Positions 8,581 through 18,575 are shown, counted from the stretch's first letter. The stretch: 64,000 nucleotides of DNA from an uncultured Phascolarctobacterium sp. (GCA_964480295.1 CAYZOZ010000003.1:152-64151); one strand, 5' to 3'. Translations and numbers: made by a program. The notes: generated by a model not told the origin, from the letters alone.

Positions 8581-9843
8581 TTGGAAAAGCTAATTGTTAA
8601 AGGCGGTAATCGTTTGGTCGGAACGGTTAAGACCAGCGGAGCGAAGAACGCCGTGTTACCGATTATCGCGGCTTCCATTTTGGGAACTACGCCCAGTCAT
8701 TTGGACGAGGTGCCCATGCTGGAGGACGTGCATACCATCAGCGAGGTTTTGAAATGTTTGGGCTTGCGGGTGAGCTGCCCCGAGCCGAACGTTCTTGATA
8801 TAGACAGTAGAAGCATTACATCCTATGAGGCTCCCTACGAGCTGGTGCGCACGATGCGTGCGTCCTTCCTCGTTATGGGACCGCTTTTGGCGCGCGTGGG
8901 CAAGGCCCGCATTTCTCTGCCGGGCGGCTGCGCTATCGGCGCACGTCCCATCGATATTCATTTGAAGGCCTTCGAGGCACTGGGCGTGAGGATCGAGCAG
9001 GGACATGGCTATATTGACGCGAGCGCTCCCAAGGGCTTGAAGGGTGCAAATATTTATTTTGATTTTCCGAGCGTGGGTGCAACCGAAAACGTTCTGATGG
9101 CTGCTTCCTTGGCGGAGGGCATCACTATCGTGGAGAATGCCGCCGAGGAGCCGGAGATCGTCGATCTCGCCAACTATTTGAATAAAATGGGCGCGAGGAT
9201 TCGCGGCGCGGGTACTGATACCATTCGTATCGAGGGCGTGCGCGAGCTGCATGGCGCTGATTATACGATCATTCCCGACCGTATCGAGGCAGGCACCTAT
9301 ATGATCGCCGCCGCGATGACGGGGGGCGACGTAATTGTGGAGAACGTGCTGCCAGAGCATCAAAAGCCGCTGATTGCGAAGCTGCGCGAGGCAGGCGCTT
9401 TGGTGGAGGAGGATATCGATAAGGTGCGCGTGGTGGGCAAGCTGCCGCTGAAGCCCGTCGCTATTAAGACGCTGCCGTATCCCGGCTTTCCCACCGATAT
9501 GCAGGCGCAGCTGATGGCGATGATGGTCGTCGCAGAGGGACGCAGCAAGGTTACGGAGACGGTCTTCGAGAATCGCTTCATGCATGTGGTCGAGCTGAAC
9601 CGCATGGGCGCGCGCATTACCACTGAGGGACGCAGCGCCGTGGTGGACGGTCCCGCCTCGCTTACGGGCTGTGACGTGCGTGCCACCGATTTGCGCGCCG
9701 GCGCGGCGATGATCCTGGCAGGCTTGGTGGCCGAGGGCGTGACGCGTATCAGCGATATTTATCATATCGATCGTGGCTACGAGCATATTGTCGATAAGCT
9801 GAAAAATTTGGGCGCGGATATCAAACGCGTGGAGCTGGAATAG
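8581..9843 (+). CDS. murA: UDP-N-acetylglucosamine 1-carboxyvinyltransferase
   Basis: [37 protein letters not shown]; TTG start with SD ggagg. Confidence 0.97.
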   Translation: MEKLIVKGGNRLVGTVKTSGAKNAVLPIIAASILGTTPSHLDEVPMLEDVHTISEVLKCLGLRVSCPEPNVLDIDSRSITSYEAPYELVRTMRASFLVMGPLLARVGKARISLPGGCAIGARPIDIHLKAFEALGVRIEQGHGYIDASAPKGLKGANIYFDFPSVGATENVLMAASLAEGITIVENAAEEPEIVDLANYLNKMGARIRGAGTDTIRIEGVRELHGADYTIIPDRIEAGTYMIAAAMTGGDVIVENVLPEHQKPLIAKLREAGALVEEDIDKVRVVGKLPLKPVAIKTLPYPGFPTDMQAQLMAMMVVAEGRSKVTETVFENRFMHVVELNRMGARITTEGRSAVVDGPASLTGCDVRATDLRAGAAMILAGLVAEGVTRISDIYHIDRGYEHIVDKLKNLGADIKRVELE

Positions 9844-9859
9844 AGATAGGAGCAGGAAC

Positions 9860-10885
9860 ATGTTTAAAAGTATGGATATAGGTATTGATTTGGGTACCGC
9901 GAATATCCTTGTCTATGTCAAGGGTAAGGGCGTGGTTTTGAAGGAGCCCAGCGTCGTCGCTATCGACAAGGTGCGCAATAAGGTGCTGGCAGTGGGCGAT
10001 GACGCGCGCGAGATGCTCGGTCGTTCCCCTGGAACTATCGTGGCGATTCGTCCGCTGAAGGAGGGCGTGATCGCTAATTATACCGTGACGCAGAAGCTGC
10101 TGTCCTACGTTATCGACAAGGTGGCGGGCAAGAGCCTGTTCTTCAAGCCCCGCGTTATGACCTGCGTGCCCATAGGCATTACCTCCGTGGAGAAGCGTGC
10201 CGTAATGGAGGCGACCACGCAGGGTGGCGCGTCCAAGACCTATCTGATCGAGGAGCCGCTGGCTGCCGCCTTGGGCGCGGGCATCGACATTTCCGTACCG
10301 CGCGGTAACATGGTCGTAGATATCGGCGGCGGCACGACGGACATCGCCGTACTTAGCTTGGGCGGCATCGTGGTCGATTCCTCGATCCGCATCGGCGGCG
10401 ATCATTTCGACGAGGCGATCGTGCGCCATGTGAAGAAGGTACATAACGTGCTTATCGGCGAGCGTACTGCCGAGGAGATTAAAATGGCGGTGGCTACCGT
10501 TTCGCGTAACGGACGCAACGAGACGATCACCGTGCGTGGTCGTGATATGGTGACCGGCCTGCCGACGACCTTCAGCGTGAACAGCGCCGAGTGCCGCGAG
10601 GCGTTGGAGGATTCCATCGCTTCCTTGATCGCGACCGTGCGCGGCGTGCTGGAGAAATGTCCGCCGGAGCTGGCTGCCGACATCGTGGACAACGGCATTT
10701 ATATGACTGGCGGCGGCGCGCTTTTGGACGGCTTGGCGGAGGTTATGCAGAAGGAAACGGGCATTACCACCATTATCGCCGAGAATCCGTTGGAGTGTGT
10801 GGCGTTGGGTACGGGCAAGGCCTTGGAGAATTTGGACAAGCTGCATCCCGGTACCGTGTACACGGTTTCCAATCTGGATATTTAA
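9860..10885 (+). CDS. mreB: Rod shape-determining actin homolog MreB/Mbl
   Basis: IDLGTAN, DIGGGTTD, TGGGALL. Confidence 0.93.
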   Translation: MFKSMDIGIDLGTANILVYVKGKGVVLKEPSVVAIDKVRNKVLAVGDDAREMLGRSPGTIVAIRPLKEGVIANYTVTQKLLSYVIDKVAGKSLFFKPRVMTCVPIGITSVEKRAVMEATTQGGASKTYLIEEPLAAALGAGIDISVPRGNMVVDIGGGTTDIAVLSLGGIVVDSSIRIGGDHFDEAIVRHVKKVHNVLIGERTAEEIKMAVATVSRNGRNETITVRGRDMVTGLPTTFSVNSAECREALEDSIASLIATVRGVLEKCPPELAADIVDNGIYMTGGGALLDGLAEVMQKETGITTIIAENPLECVALGTGKALENLDKLHPGTVYTVSNLDI

Positions 10886-10886
10886 T

Positions 10887-10920
10887 AGGCTTCCCCTTCG
10901 CGGGGAGCCTTTCTTTATTT
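10887..10920 (+). terminator. Intrinsic terminator
   Basis: ggcttcccc-ttcgc-ggggagcc then T-rich. Confidence 0.75.
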
Positions 10921-10953
10921 GACGAAATCTCAAGCTAATGCAGGGTGTGACAA

Positions 10954-12342
10954 ATGAGCTATAAAAATAAATTTGCTATTTTACTGACGGGAGTTATGCT
11001 GGGCGCGGCGACGCTCGCGCAGGCGGCTCCCGTGAAAAATCTGCGCACGAGCGTCAGTCCGGCGCGGGTGCGCGTCGTACTCGACAGCGAGGAGCCTGTG
11101 CAGTATAAGGCGGCGAAGAAAGGTCTACAGCTGGTGGTGTCGTTGCCGGCGAGCACGGCGACGGCGCAGCAGGCGAAGCTGAAGGATACGCTGGTGAAGG
11201 CGGCGCGCGTCGCTCCGGACGGACGCAAAGCCTCCAAGCTTTTGATCGATTTGAGCAAGGACGCTCAGTACAAGGTGTATCAGCTGGCGAATCCGCATCG
11301 TTTGGTGGTGGATATTTATCGAATCAGCATTCTCAAGCAGAGCAGGGAGCTGGCGAAGGGTGTGACCTATACCTATTTGCAGGACGAGATGAACGGCCGT
11401 CAGCTACAGGCGCACCTCGTCAGCGTCGCTCCGAACGCGAAGTACCGCCTGCTTCCCTTCTCCGCGGCGGGAGCGTACAACGGACGCGGCAGTCTGGCGC
11501 AGGTGGCGAAGCAGACGCAAATGCCAGCGGCGATGAACGCCTCCTATTTCGATACCGATGGCTGGGTTATCGGCAGCATCAAAAATCAGGGCACGATGAT
11601 GGCGGCGGACAGTCAGCCGCGCAGCGGCTACGCCTTGCAGGACGGGCAGCCGAGGATCGTGCAGGATATAGGCTATTATGGCACGCTCACTCTGCCCGGT
11701 GGCAGGAGCCTGGAGCTTAAGGGCATGAACCGCGCGCGCATCAGCGAGGATTTAGTGCTGTATAATAGCTTTTACGCGTCGACGACGAAAACCAATAGCT
11801 GGGGGCGCGAGGTGAAGCTGGTCAACGGTCGTGTGACGGAGATCTCTACGGCGGGCAATATGGCTATCAGCTCGGGCAGCGTGGTGATTAGCGGTCATGG
11901 CAGCGCGGCGGCGGCACTGGTGAATTTGAAGATCGGCGATCGGGTGACGCTGAGCGAGACGCTTGGCGCGGCGGCTGCCGACGCGGCGCAGACCGTGGTC
12001 AGCGGCGGGCCGCTACTTGTGGAAAAGGGGCAGGCGCACGTGCGCAGCACGGAGGAGAATATGGCGGCGGACATCGCTAAGGGGCGCGCGCCCCGTACCG
12101 CGCTGGGCTTGAAGCGCGACGGCACGCTGCTCATGCTGGTGGTGGACGGACGCAGTAGCGATTCCGCAGGACTGACCTTGGCGGAGCTGGCGGCGTATCT
12201 TCTGCGCTTGGGCGCGTATGATGCCGTAAATTTTGACGGCGGCGGCAGCAGCGAGATGGTGATTAACGGCAGGGTGGTCAATAAGCCCTCCGATGGCAGC
12301 GAGCGTCGCGTCAGCATCGGTCTGGGACTTTTCGACAAGTAG
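10954..12342 (+). CDS. Secreted AMIN-domain + phosphodiester glycosidase (NAGPA/DUF2233) protein
   Basis: Signal peptide; AMIN-like RVVLD...PHRLVVDI; C-terminal GGPLLV, PRTALG, VVDGR, NFDGGGSS. Confidence 0.85.
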   Translation: MSYKNKFAILLTGVMLGAATLAQAAPVKNLRTSVSPARVRVVLDSEEPVQYKAAKKGLQLVVSLPASTATAQQAKLKDTLVKAARVAPDGRKASKLLIDLSKDAQYKVYQLANPHRLVVDIYRISILKQSRELAKGVTYTYLQDEMNGRQLQAHLVSVAPNAKYRLLPFSAAGAYNGRGSLAQVAKQTQMPAAMNASYFDTDGWVIGSIKNQGTMMAADSQPRSGYALQDGQPRIVQDIGYYGTLTLPGGRSLELKGMNRARISEDLVLYNSFYASTTKTNSWGREVKLVNGRVTEISTAGNMAISSGSVVISGHGSAAAALVNLKIGDRVTLSETLGAAAADAAQTVVSGGPLLVEKGQAHVRSTEENMAADIAKGRAPRTALGLKRDGTLLMLVVDGRSSDSAGLTLAELAAYLLRLGAYDAVNFDGGGSSEMVINGRVVNKPSDGSERRVSIGLGLFDK

Positions 12343-12381
12343 ATCGAATATTTTCCTTATGAGGAGATATTTAAGAGAAAC

Positions 12382-12410
12382 TTGTCAAAATTTTTCCGAG
12401 GCGGTATAAT
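12382..12410 (+). promoter_or_regulatory. Sigma-70 promoter
   Basis: TTGTCA-N17-TATAAT. Confidence 0.75.
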
Positions 12411-12416
12411 TAAATG

Positions 12417-12499
12417 AGGTATAGGCACTTATTGCCTTGAGCGCTCATCGGAGCGTTCGTTACGGTGCTTTTAGCCGGCGGGTAGCTCTCGCCGGTTTT
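12417..12499 (+). ncRNA. Candidate structured leader/attenuator or small RNA
   Basis: Three hairpins after a strong promoter, the last GC-rich and followed by TTTT; not matched to any family I recognise. Confidence 0.35.
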
Positions 12500-12516
12500 C
12501 GAATATAGGAGCTTCT

Positions 12517-14181
12517 ATGAGAATTTTGCTTATAGCCCTGTGCCTCCTGGCGCAGACAGTGGCGGCGTTCGCCGCCAACGTTTCCCTGATGCCCGTGCGC
12601 GATCTGCGACCGGGGATGCTTGGAGTCGGCAAAACGGTGATTCAGGGCGATACGATCGAAGAATTTAACGTGGAGATCTTGGGCGTGCAGGGCAGCGAGT
12701 CCGCTGGGTACAGCGTCTTAGTGCGCCTTTATGGCGATTTGATCGACAAGACGGGCGGTGTGGCTCAGGGCATGAGCGGCAGCCCCGTTTACGTTGACGG
12801 GCGCTTGGTGGGCGCTGTGGCGTTTGGTCAGACCTTCAACGATCCGCATTATTGCTTTTTAACGCCGATCGGCAGGATGCTGAGCCTTTTGCATGAACCG
12901 AAGCCCGTGGCTGCCGATTGGATTCCCAAGGGCACGTCCCTTGCGGCGGGCGGCTTTACGGAGTACGGCTTGAGCTATTTGCGCGAGCGCTTGCAGCCGT
13001 TCGGGCTGGACGCGGTCGGCAGCGGCGGCGTAGCGCAGGAGTCGGCGAAGCCGTTGGAGCCAGGCAGCGCGGTGGGCGCGGCGGTCTTGCAGGGCGATTT
13101 GACAATCGGCTCGCTGGGAACGGTGACGTGGACGGACGACGAGGGCAATGTTTTGGCGTTCGGTCATCCCTTCATGCAGCGCGGCAACAGCAATTACTAT
13201 ATGACGAAGGCGTGGATTTTGGGCGTGGTCCCCAATTTGCAGACCGCCTCCAAGGTGGGCAATATCGGCGCACCCGTGGGTAGCTTTACGCAGGATCGCA
13301 CGAGCGGTATCGGTGGCAGGCAGGGCAAAATGCCGCAGGTGATTCCCCTTTTCGTCAGCGCGAACGACGTGGGTAGGGCGCAGGCGGTAAGTATGCGCGC
13401 CAACGTGGTGCGGGACGAGAAGCTGGTGCCGACGGTCGTGGACGCCGCGGTGGTGAACACGCTAAACAAGGCTATGGAGCGCACCGGCGGCGGTACCGCC
13501 AAAATGCGCTTCGCGATCAATGGCGTGGACAGCAAAAAGCAGCCACTCGTGATCGAGCGCGAGAATATGTTTTATTCGGCGGACGCGCTGCTGAAGAACG
13601 TGAATGCGGAGCTGAACGAGGCGTTGAGCATTTTGATGCAGAATAAATTCGAGTCAGTGGAGCTTTACGGAATTAACGTGGAGGCGGAGCTGAGCGAGGG
13701 CGTGCAGGTGGCGGAGATCGTCAAGGTGCAGCTGCCCAAGCGCAACGCGCGCGCGGGCGAGAAGGTCGCCATTAACGTGACGCTGAAGCCCTATCGTGGC
13801 GAGGAATTCGTTAAAACGGTCTATTTCACCGTGCCTAGGGATTATAAGTCCTCGCGTTTGCCGCTGCGCGTGCGCGGAGGCAGCAGTATGGCTTGGGTAG
13901 TGGAGCTTTTGCGCAAGCAGCAGCAGGAGGGCGTACCAGCGGCGAAAACGCAGGAGAAACGCCGCACGCTGGCTGATTTCGTGAAGAGCGTCAACACTGC
14001 CGATAGGAACAACGAGATCATCGTCGATTTGTCGAATACGCAGCAGCAGAGCGCGGCGAAGGCGACGCAGGACGCAGGTCTGGCGGGGCTTTTGGCAGGC
14101 TCGCCCTATAAGCAGAGCTTCGCCTGCGATTTTATCGTGGACGGAGAAAGCGAGATCACGCTGGAGCTTATCGGCGAATAA
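12517..14181 (+). CDS. SpoIVB-type (S55) serine peptidase, secreted
   Basis: GGVAQGMSGSPV and LAFGHP motifs; signal peptide. Confidence 0.88.
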   Translation: MRILLIALCLLAQTVAAFAANVSLMPVRDLRPGMLGVGKTVIQGDTIEEFNVEILGVQGSESAGYSVLVRLYGDLIDKTGGVAQGMSGSPVYVDGRLVGAVAFGQTFNDPHYCFLTPIGRMLSLLHEPKPVAADWIPKGTSLAAGGFTEYGLSYLRERLQPFGLDAVGSGGVAQESAKPLEPGSAVGAAVLQGDLTIGSLGTVTWTDDEGNVLAFGHPFMQRGNSNYYMTKAWILGVVPNLQTASKVGNIGAPVGSFTQDRTSGIGGRQGKMPQVIPLFVSANDVGRAQAVSMRANVVRDEKLVPTVVDAAVVNTLNKAMERTGGGTAKMRFAINGVDSKKQPLVIERENMFYSADALLKNVNAELNEALSILMQNKFESVELYGINVEAELSEGVQVAEIVKVQLPKRNARAGEKVAINVTLKPYRGEEFVKTVYFTVPRDYKSSRLPLRVRGGSSMAWVVELLRKQQQEGVPAAKTQEKRRTLADFVKSVNTADRNNEIIVDLSNTQQQSAAKATQDAGLAGLLAGSPYKQSFACDFIVDGESEITLELIGE

Positions 14182-14266
14182 TCGCGGGTGATTTTGTCGC
14201 CCGTCATATAAATGACATATTTTATACGTATAATATAGCAAACAGGCTGGGAAAGAGGGTTGAGCG

Positions 14267-15037
14267 ATGCTGAAAGGGCTGTGCGCGTTCTGTGGCAAAA
14301 GCATATTGGAATTCTGTGCCGCCACCGGCAGGCTAACACTGCTTTTTTGGCAAACCCTGCGGCGGCTGCGCGATGCCGATTGGCGCGAGGTCGTAAGGCA
14401 AATGGCGCTTTTGGGCGCTGACTCCCTGCCGATCGTGCTGATGACCATCCTTTGTACGGGCATGGTTTTCTCCGTGCAGACGGCGAAGGAATTCGTGCGC
14501 TTGGGCGCTGCTTCCACCGTCGGCGGTATTGTGGCGATCGCCATGGCGCGCGAGCTGGTGCCCGTATTGGTGGGCGTGGTGGTCGCTGGACGTATCGGTG
14601 CTGCCATCGCGGCGGAGCTGGGTACGATGAAGGTTACGGAGCAAATCGACGCTTTACGCGTCATGGCTGCGAATCCCGTGAGCTATCTCGTCGTACCGCG
14701 CTTTATCGCCATGGTGCTGATGATGCCTCTGCTCGTTGTTTTCGCCAATTTCATCGGTAATATCGGCGGCTGGCTGGTGGCGCATTATTACGCTGGCATA
14801 GGCACCTTTACCTATACTAATTCCATTAAGAATTTGGCGGAGTTCTACGACGTGTTCGGCGGGATGCTGAAAAGCTGTATCTTCGGCGCGATCATCGCGA
14901 CCGTCGGCTGCTACAAGGGGCTGAACGCTCTCAACGGCGCGGAGGGCGTGGGCTTGGCGACGACCGCCTCGGTGGTGCTGTCGATCATTCTCATTTTTAT
15001 TTTTAATTATTTTCTGTCCATACTTATTTATGTTTAA
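14267..15037 (+). CDS. mlaE: MlaE-family ABC permease
   Basis: RELVPVL, AGRIGAAIAAELGTMKVTEQIDAL. Confidence 0.95.
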   Translation: MLKGLCAFCGKSILEFCAATGRLTLLFWQTLRRLRDADWREVVRQMALLGADSLPIVLMTILCTGMVFSVQTAKEFVRLGAASTVGGIVAIAMARELVPVLVGVVVAGRIGAAIAAELGTMKVTEQIDALRVMAANPVSYLVVPRFIAMVLMMPLLVVFANFIGNIGGWLVAHYYAGIGTFTYTNSIKNLAEFYDVFGGMLKSCIFGAIIATVGCYKGLNALNGAEGVGLATTASVVLSIILIFIFNYFLSILIYV

Positions 15038-15049
15038 GGGGTTGACGAG

Positions 15050-15829
15050 GTGGAATCAAGAAAAAGGATGCTAAGCATTCGTCAACTGAAAATAGTACTG
15101 GGCGGGCGCACGATCCTCGATGATGTGGATTTGGACGTTTACGAGGGCGAGACGCTTGCCGTTATCGGTCCCTCGGGTACGGGCAAGAGCACGCTAATCA
15201 AGGTACTGACAGGCTTGCTTTCTCCGAACGGAGGCAGCGTGCTGATCGACGGTCAGGAGGTCAACGCCTATGACGAGGAGCAATGGGACGAGCTGCGCCG
15301 TAGGATGGGCGTGGTATTCCAATATTCCGCGCTTTTTGATTTCCTGAGCGTGGGGGAGAACGTCGCCTTCGGTCTGCGTCGGCATTTCAAGCTGACGGAG
15401 GCGGAGATCGACGAGCGCGTGGCGACGCTGCTGGAGCTGGTAGGTATGCCGGACACGCAGCGAATGATGCCTGCCGAGCTTTCGGGTGGTATGAAGAAGC
15501 GCGTCGCGCTTTCGCGGGCGCTGGCGATGCGGCCGCGGATTGTGCTTTATGACGAGCCGACCTCGGGACTTGATCCCGTGATGACGATGACGATCTCGCG
15601 CCTGATTCGCAAGACGCAAAGGCAGCTGGGTGTTACCTCGCTTTTGGTCACGCACGATATGCCCTCTGCCTATTACGCGGCGGATCGCATAGCCATGCTG
15701 TATAAGGGAAGAATCGTGCAAATAGGCACGCCGGAGGAGATTAGAAGCAGCACTAATCCGATAGTGCGGTGCTTTGTTAACGGACTGGAGTGGAAAGAGG
15801 AGGATACGGATGAGCAGCAACGAGGTTAA
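15050..15829 (+). CDS. mlaF: MlaF-family ABC ATPase
   Basis: GPSGTGKS, LSGGMKKRV, LYDEPTSGLDP. Confidence 0.93.
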   Translation: MESRKRMLSIRQLKIVLGGRTILDDVDLDVYEGETLAVIGPSGTGKSTLIKVLTGLLSPNGGSVLIDGQEVNAYDEEQWDELRRRMGVVFQYSALFDFLSVGENVAFGLRRHFKLTEAEIDERVATLLELVGMPDTQRMMPAELSGGMKKRVALSRALAMRPRIVLYDEPTSGLDPVMTMTISRLIRKTQRQLGVTSLLVTHDMPSAYYAADRIAMLYKGRIVQIGTPEEIRSSTNPIVRCFVNGLEWKEEDTDEQQRG

Positions 15830-17078
15830 GGTCGGTGCCTTCGCCCTGGGAGGAGCGGTGGTGCTGGCGGGGATAATTAGCTTTATGGGCGCTTTTTCCT
15901 TCGGGAAAAGGGGCTACGAGCTGCGCATCAATTATCCTCAGGTCAGCGGGCTGATGCCTGGGCACGTGGTGCGCTATGCCGGAGTGCAGGTGGGTACGGT
16001 CAAAAAGCTGAACGTCGCTCCCGATAGGGTGGAGGTCATCGCCGAGATTGACGATAATATAAAGATTCCGCAGGGTGCGAGCTTCACGATCGCTGCCGAC
16101 GGCATTATGGGCGAGAAATACGTCAGCATAGCGCCGCCTAAGCAGCAGAGCGGCGGCTTTATCGCCGAGGGCAGTGTGCTAAACGGCGCGGCTGGCGGCG
16201 GTATGGACGAGTTTTTCGCCAGCTCCGGCGATTTGGTGGCGCGCATGGAGCACATCGCGACGGCGTTCGAGAACGTCTTTGGCGATAAAGAGGTGCAGGA
16301 GTCGATGAAGAACGGCTTCAAGAATATGCAGGGCATTACCGAGAATATGAATGTCTTTACGAAGGTCATGGCGGATGTGGCGGTGACTAATCAGCAGGAT
16401 ATTTCCCAGATGATCGTGCAGATCAATCAAATGACGCAGCGCATGAATGCCACGGCGAGCCATATCGAAAGCATTATGGTGGGCGTGGATAATAATGGCG
16501 AGACGGGACGCAATATCGCCTCCTTGGTGAAGCATATGTCGGACACCTCGGAGCGCTTGGAGAATATCGTGCAGGTGCTGGAAACCGTGGCGAAGGATCC
16601 CGTGACGCAGGAGTCGCTGAAGGAAACGCTGGTGAACGTCAAGGAGACGACGGCGAAGGCGAATCGCCTCATGGGCACGTTTACGGAGGCGCAGCTTTCC
16701 GCGGACGTGGGCTATGCGGCGAAGGGCGGCGATTGGCGCGGCAGCCTGGGCGTAACGCTGGAGCCCAGCGACAAGAATTTCGTTTATCTAGGCGGCTATG
16801 ACATCGGCGAAAGTAATAAGTTCGACTTTAGCGTGGGGCATAGGCTGGGTAAGGCGGCGGTCAGCATGGGCGCGATGCAGGGCGATTTCGGCGTGGGGCT
16901 GAGCTACGACCTTGGTAAAAGCGTGCGCCTGTACTCGCAGCTTTACGACTTCGACGACGCCAAGGTACGATTGGGCGGCGAGCTGCGGCTGACGGATACC
17001 TTCTCGCTTTATGGCGAGACGATGGACGCGCGCGGCACTAAACGTGATACCTACATGGGTGTAAGAACGTATTTCTGA
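15810..17078 (+). CDS. mlaD: MlaD (MCE) protein with helical stalk and C-terminal beta-barrel-like domain
   Basis: N-terminal TM, MCE (GLMPGHVVRYAGVQVGTV, IMGEKYV), helical region, amphipathic strands ending in F. Confidence 0.9.
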   Translation: MSSNEVKVGAFALGGAVVLAGIISFMGAFSFGKRGYELRINYPQVSGLMPGHVVRYAGVQVGTVKKLNVAPDRVEVIAEIDDNIKIPQGASFTIAADGIMGEKYVSIAPPKQQSGGFIAEGSVLNGAAGGGMDEFFASSGDLVARMEHIATAFENVFGDKEVQESMKNGFKNMQGITENMNVFTKVMADVAVTNQQDISQMIVQINQMTQRMNATASHIESIMVGVDNNGETGRNIASLVKHMSDTSERLENIVQVLETVAKDPVTQESLKETLVNVKETTAKANRLMGTFTEAQLSADVGYAAKGGDWRGSLGVTLEPSDKNFVYLGGYDIGESNKFDFSVGHRLGKAAVSMGAMQGDFGVGLSYDLGKSVRLYSQLYDFDDAKVRLGGELRLTDTFSLYGETMDARGTKRDTYMGVRTYF

Positions 17079-17100
17079 CACCGTGTCAGATAAATTTTGG

Positions 17101-17129
17101 TTGACTTTTTCGGACAAAATCAATATAAT
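17101..17129 (+). promoter_or_regulatory. tolC promoter
   Basis: TTGACT-N17-TATAAT. Confidence 0.75.
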
Positions 17130-17174
17130 TTCTTTATACTGACTGGTTAGTCAGAAATGATAGGAGGTTCTCTA

Positions 17175-18533
17175 ATGAATAAATATAAATTAAGTAAACG
17201 CTTATTGGTTTTTGCTGCTTCCATGCTGCTTTCTCAGTCCGCCTTCGCGGGCGAGGCCGTGGAGCTGACCTTGCAGGACGCTATGGAGCGTGCTTTCAAT
17301 ACTAATCCCGCCATCACCATGGCAGGCTATGAGCGTGACAGCGCGCGTGCTAGCTATAACGCCGCACGCGAAAGCCGCGGTATCTCGATCGTCGGCAAGC
17401 ATAGCACCGCTCGTGACGGCTATAAGAATGATCAATTGGCTTCCGGCGTTTATAGCAAGCAGATCGGCAATACCCATACCAATGGCTTGACCGCCACCCT
17501 GCCGCTGTACACTGGCGGTTCTCTGAGCGGCACGATTAAGCAGCGCAAGGCGGCTTACTTGATCGCGGAGGAGGACGTGCAAAGAACCTATAACGAGATG
17601 CGTTCCACCGTCACCAACGGCTATTTCGGTATGCTTCAGGCGGATAATAAGCAAAAGCTCGGCAAGGAATCCGTGGAGCGTTTGGCTGATCATCTGAAGA
17701 ACGTCGAGGCTCAGTACGAGGTCGGTGTGGTCGCGAAGGTCGACGTGCTGCGTAGCCAGGTGGAGCTGGCGAACGCTAAGCAAAGCCTTTTGCAGGCCGA
17801 GAACGCTTATCAGATCTCCGAGGCGCAGATGAACAAGATCGTCGGTCTGCCGCTGCACACCGAGCTGAAGCTGGACAATATTTTGGTATATACTCCTTAT
17901 GACAAGGATTTGCAATACTGCTTGGATTACGCGAGCGAGCATCGTCCAGAGCTGGAGCAGGCTAAGCAGAGCGTGGAGGCCGCTAAGGGTGCGTTGCGCG
18001 TGGCAATCTCCGGTCATATGCCGCAGGTTAGCGCCGATGCCTCCCAAAGCTGGGGCAGCTCGCATAATAATTGGCCCGGCGATGATAAATCCAGATGGGG
18101 CGTGGGCTTGAACGTCAGTCTGAACATTTTTGACAGCGGCGTGACCACCTCCAAGATTCATGGTGCGGAGGCCGATTTGGCTAAGGCGCATGAGAATTAT
18201 CGCGACACCGTGGATGCCGTGAATTTGGACGTGCGTACCAATTATCTGAATCTGCGCGAGGCCGAGAAGCGTATCGATACCACGAAGCTGGCGGTTTCTC
18301 AAGCGGAGGAGGATTACCGTATCGCGCAGCTGCGTTATATGAACGGCGTGGGCACCAACACCGACGTGCTGGACGCGCAGGTGGCCTTGACCGATGCTAA
18401 GACCAACTATTTGCAGGCACTTTACGATTACAATACCTCTAAGACCGATTTGGAGACCTCCATCGGCGTACCGATGCAGTTCCCGACAAAGGTTACCGTC
18501 GCTCCTAAGGCAGAGGCGGCTAAAACAGAATAA
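17175..18533 (+). CDS. tolC: TolC-family outer membrane channel
   Basis: Signal peptide, two OEP repeats (LPLYTGG; LNIFDSG; GVGTNTDVLDAQ); SD aggagg. Confidence 0.9.
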   Translation: MNKYKLSKRLLVFAASMLLSQSAFAGEAVELTLQDAMERAFNTNPAITMAGYERDSARASYNAARESRGISIVGKHSTARDGYKNDQLASGVYSKQIGNTHTNGLTATLPLYTGGSLSGTIKQRKAAYLIAEEDVQRTYNEMRSTVTNGYFGMLQADNKQKLGKESVERLADHLKNVEAQYEVGVVAKVDVLRSQVELANAKQSLLQAENAYQISEAQMNKIVGLPLHTELKLDNILVYTPYDKDLQYCLDYASEHRPELEQAKQSVEAAKGALRVAISGHMPQVSADASQSWGSSHNNWPGDDKSRWGVGLNVSLNIFDSGVTTSKIHGAEADLAKAHENYRDTVDAVNLDVRTNYLNLREAEKRIDTTKLAVSQAEEDYRIAQLRYMNGVGTNTDVLDAQVALTDAKTNYLQALYDYNTSKTDLETSIGVPMQFPTKVTVAPKAEAAKTE

Positions 18534-18545
18534 AGTACCTCCTTT

Positions 18546-18575
18546 AACGCTCACGGCATGTCCGTGGGCGTTTTT
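18546..18575 (+). terminator. Intrinsic terminator
   Basis: aacgctcacgg-catgt-ccgtgggcgtt then TTT. Confidence 0.75.
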
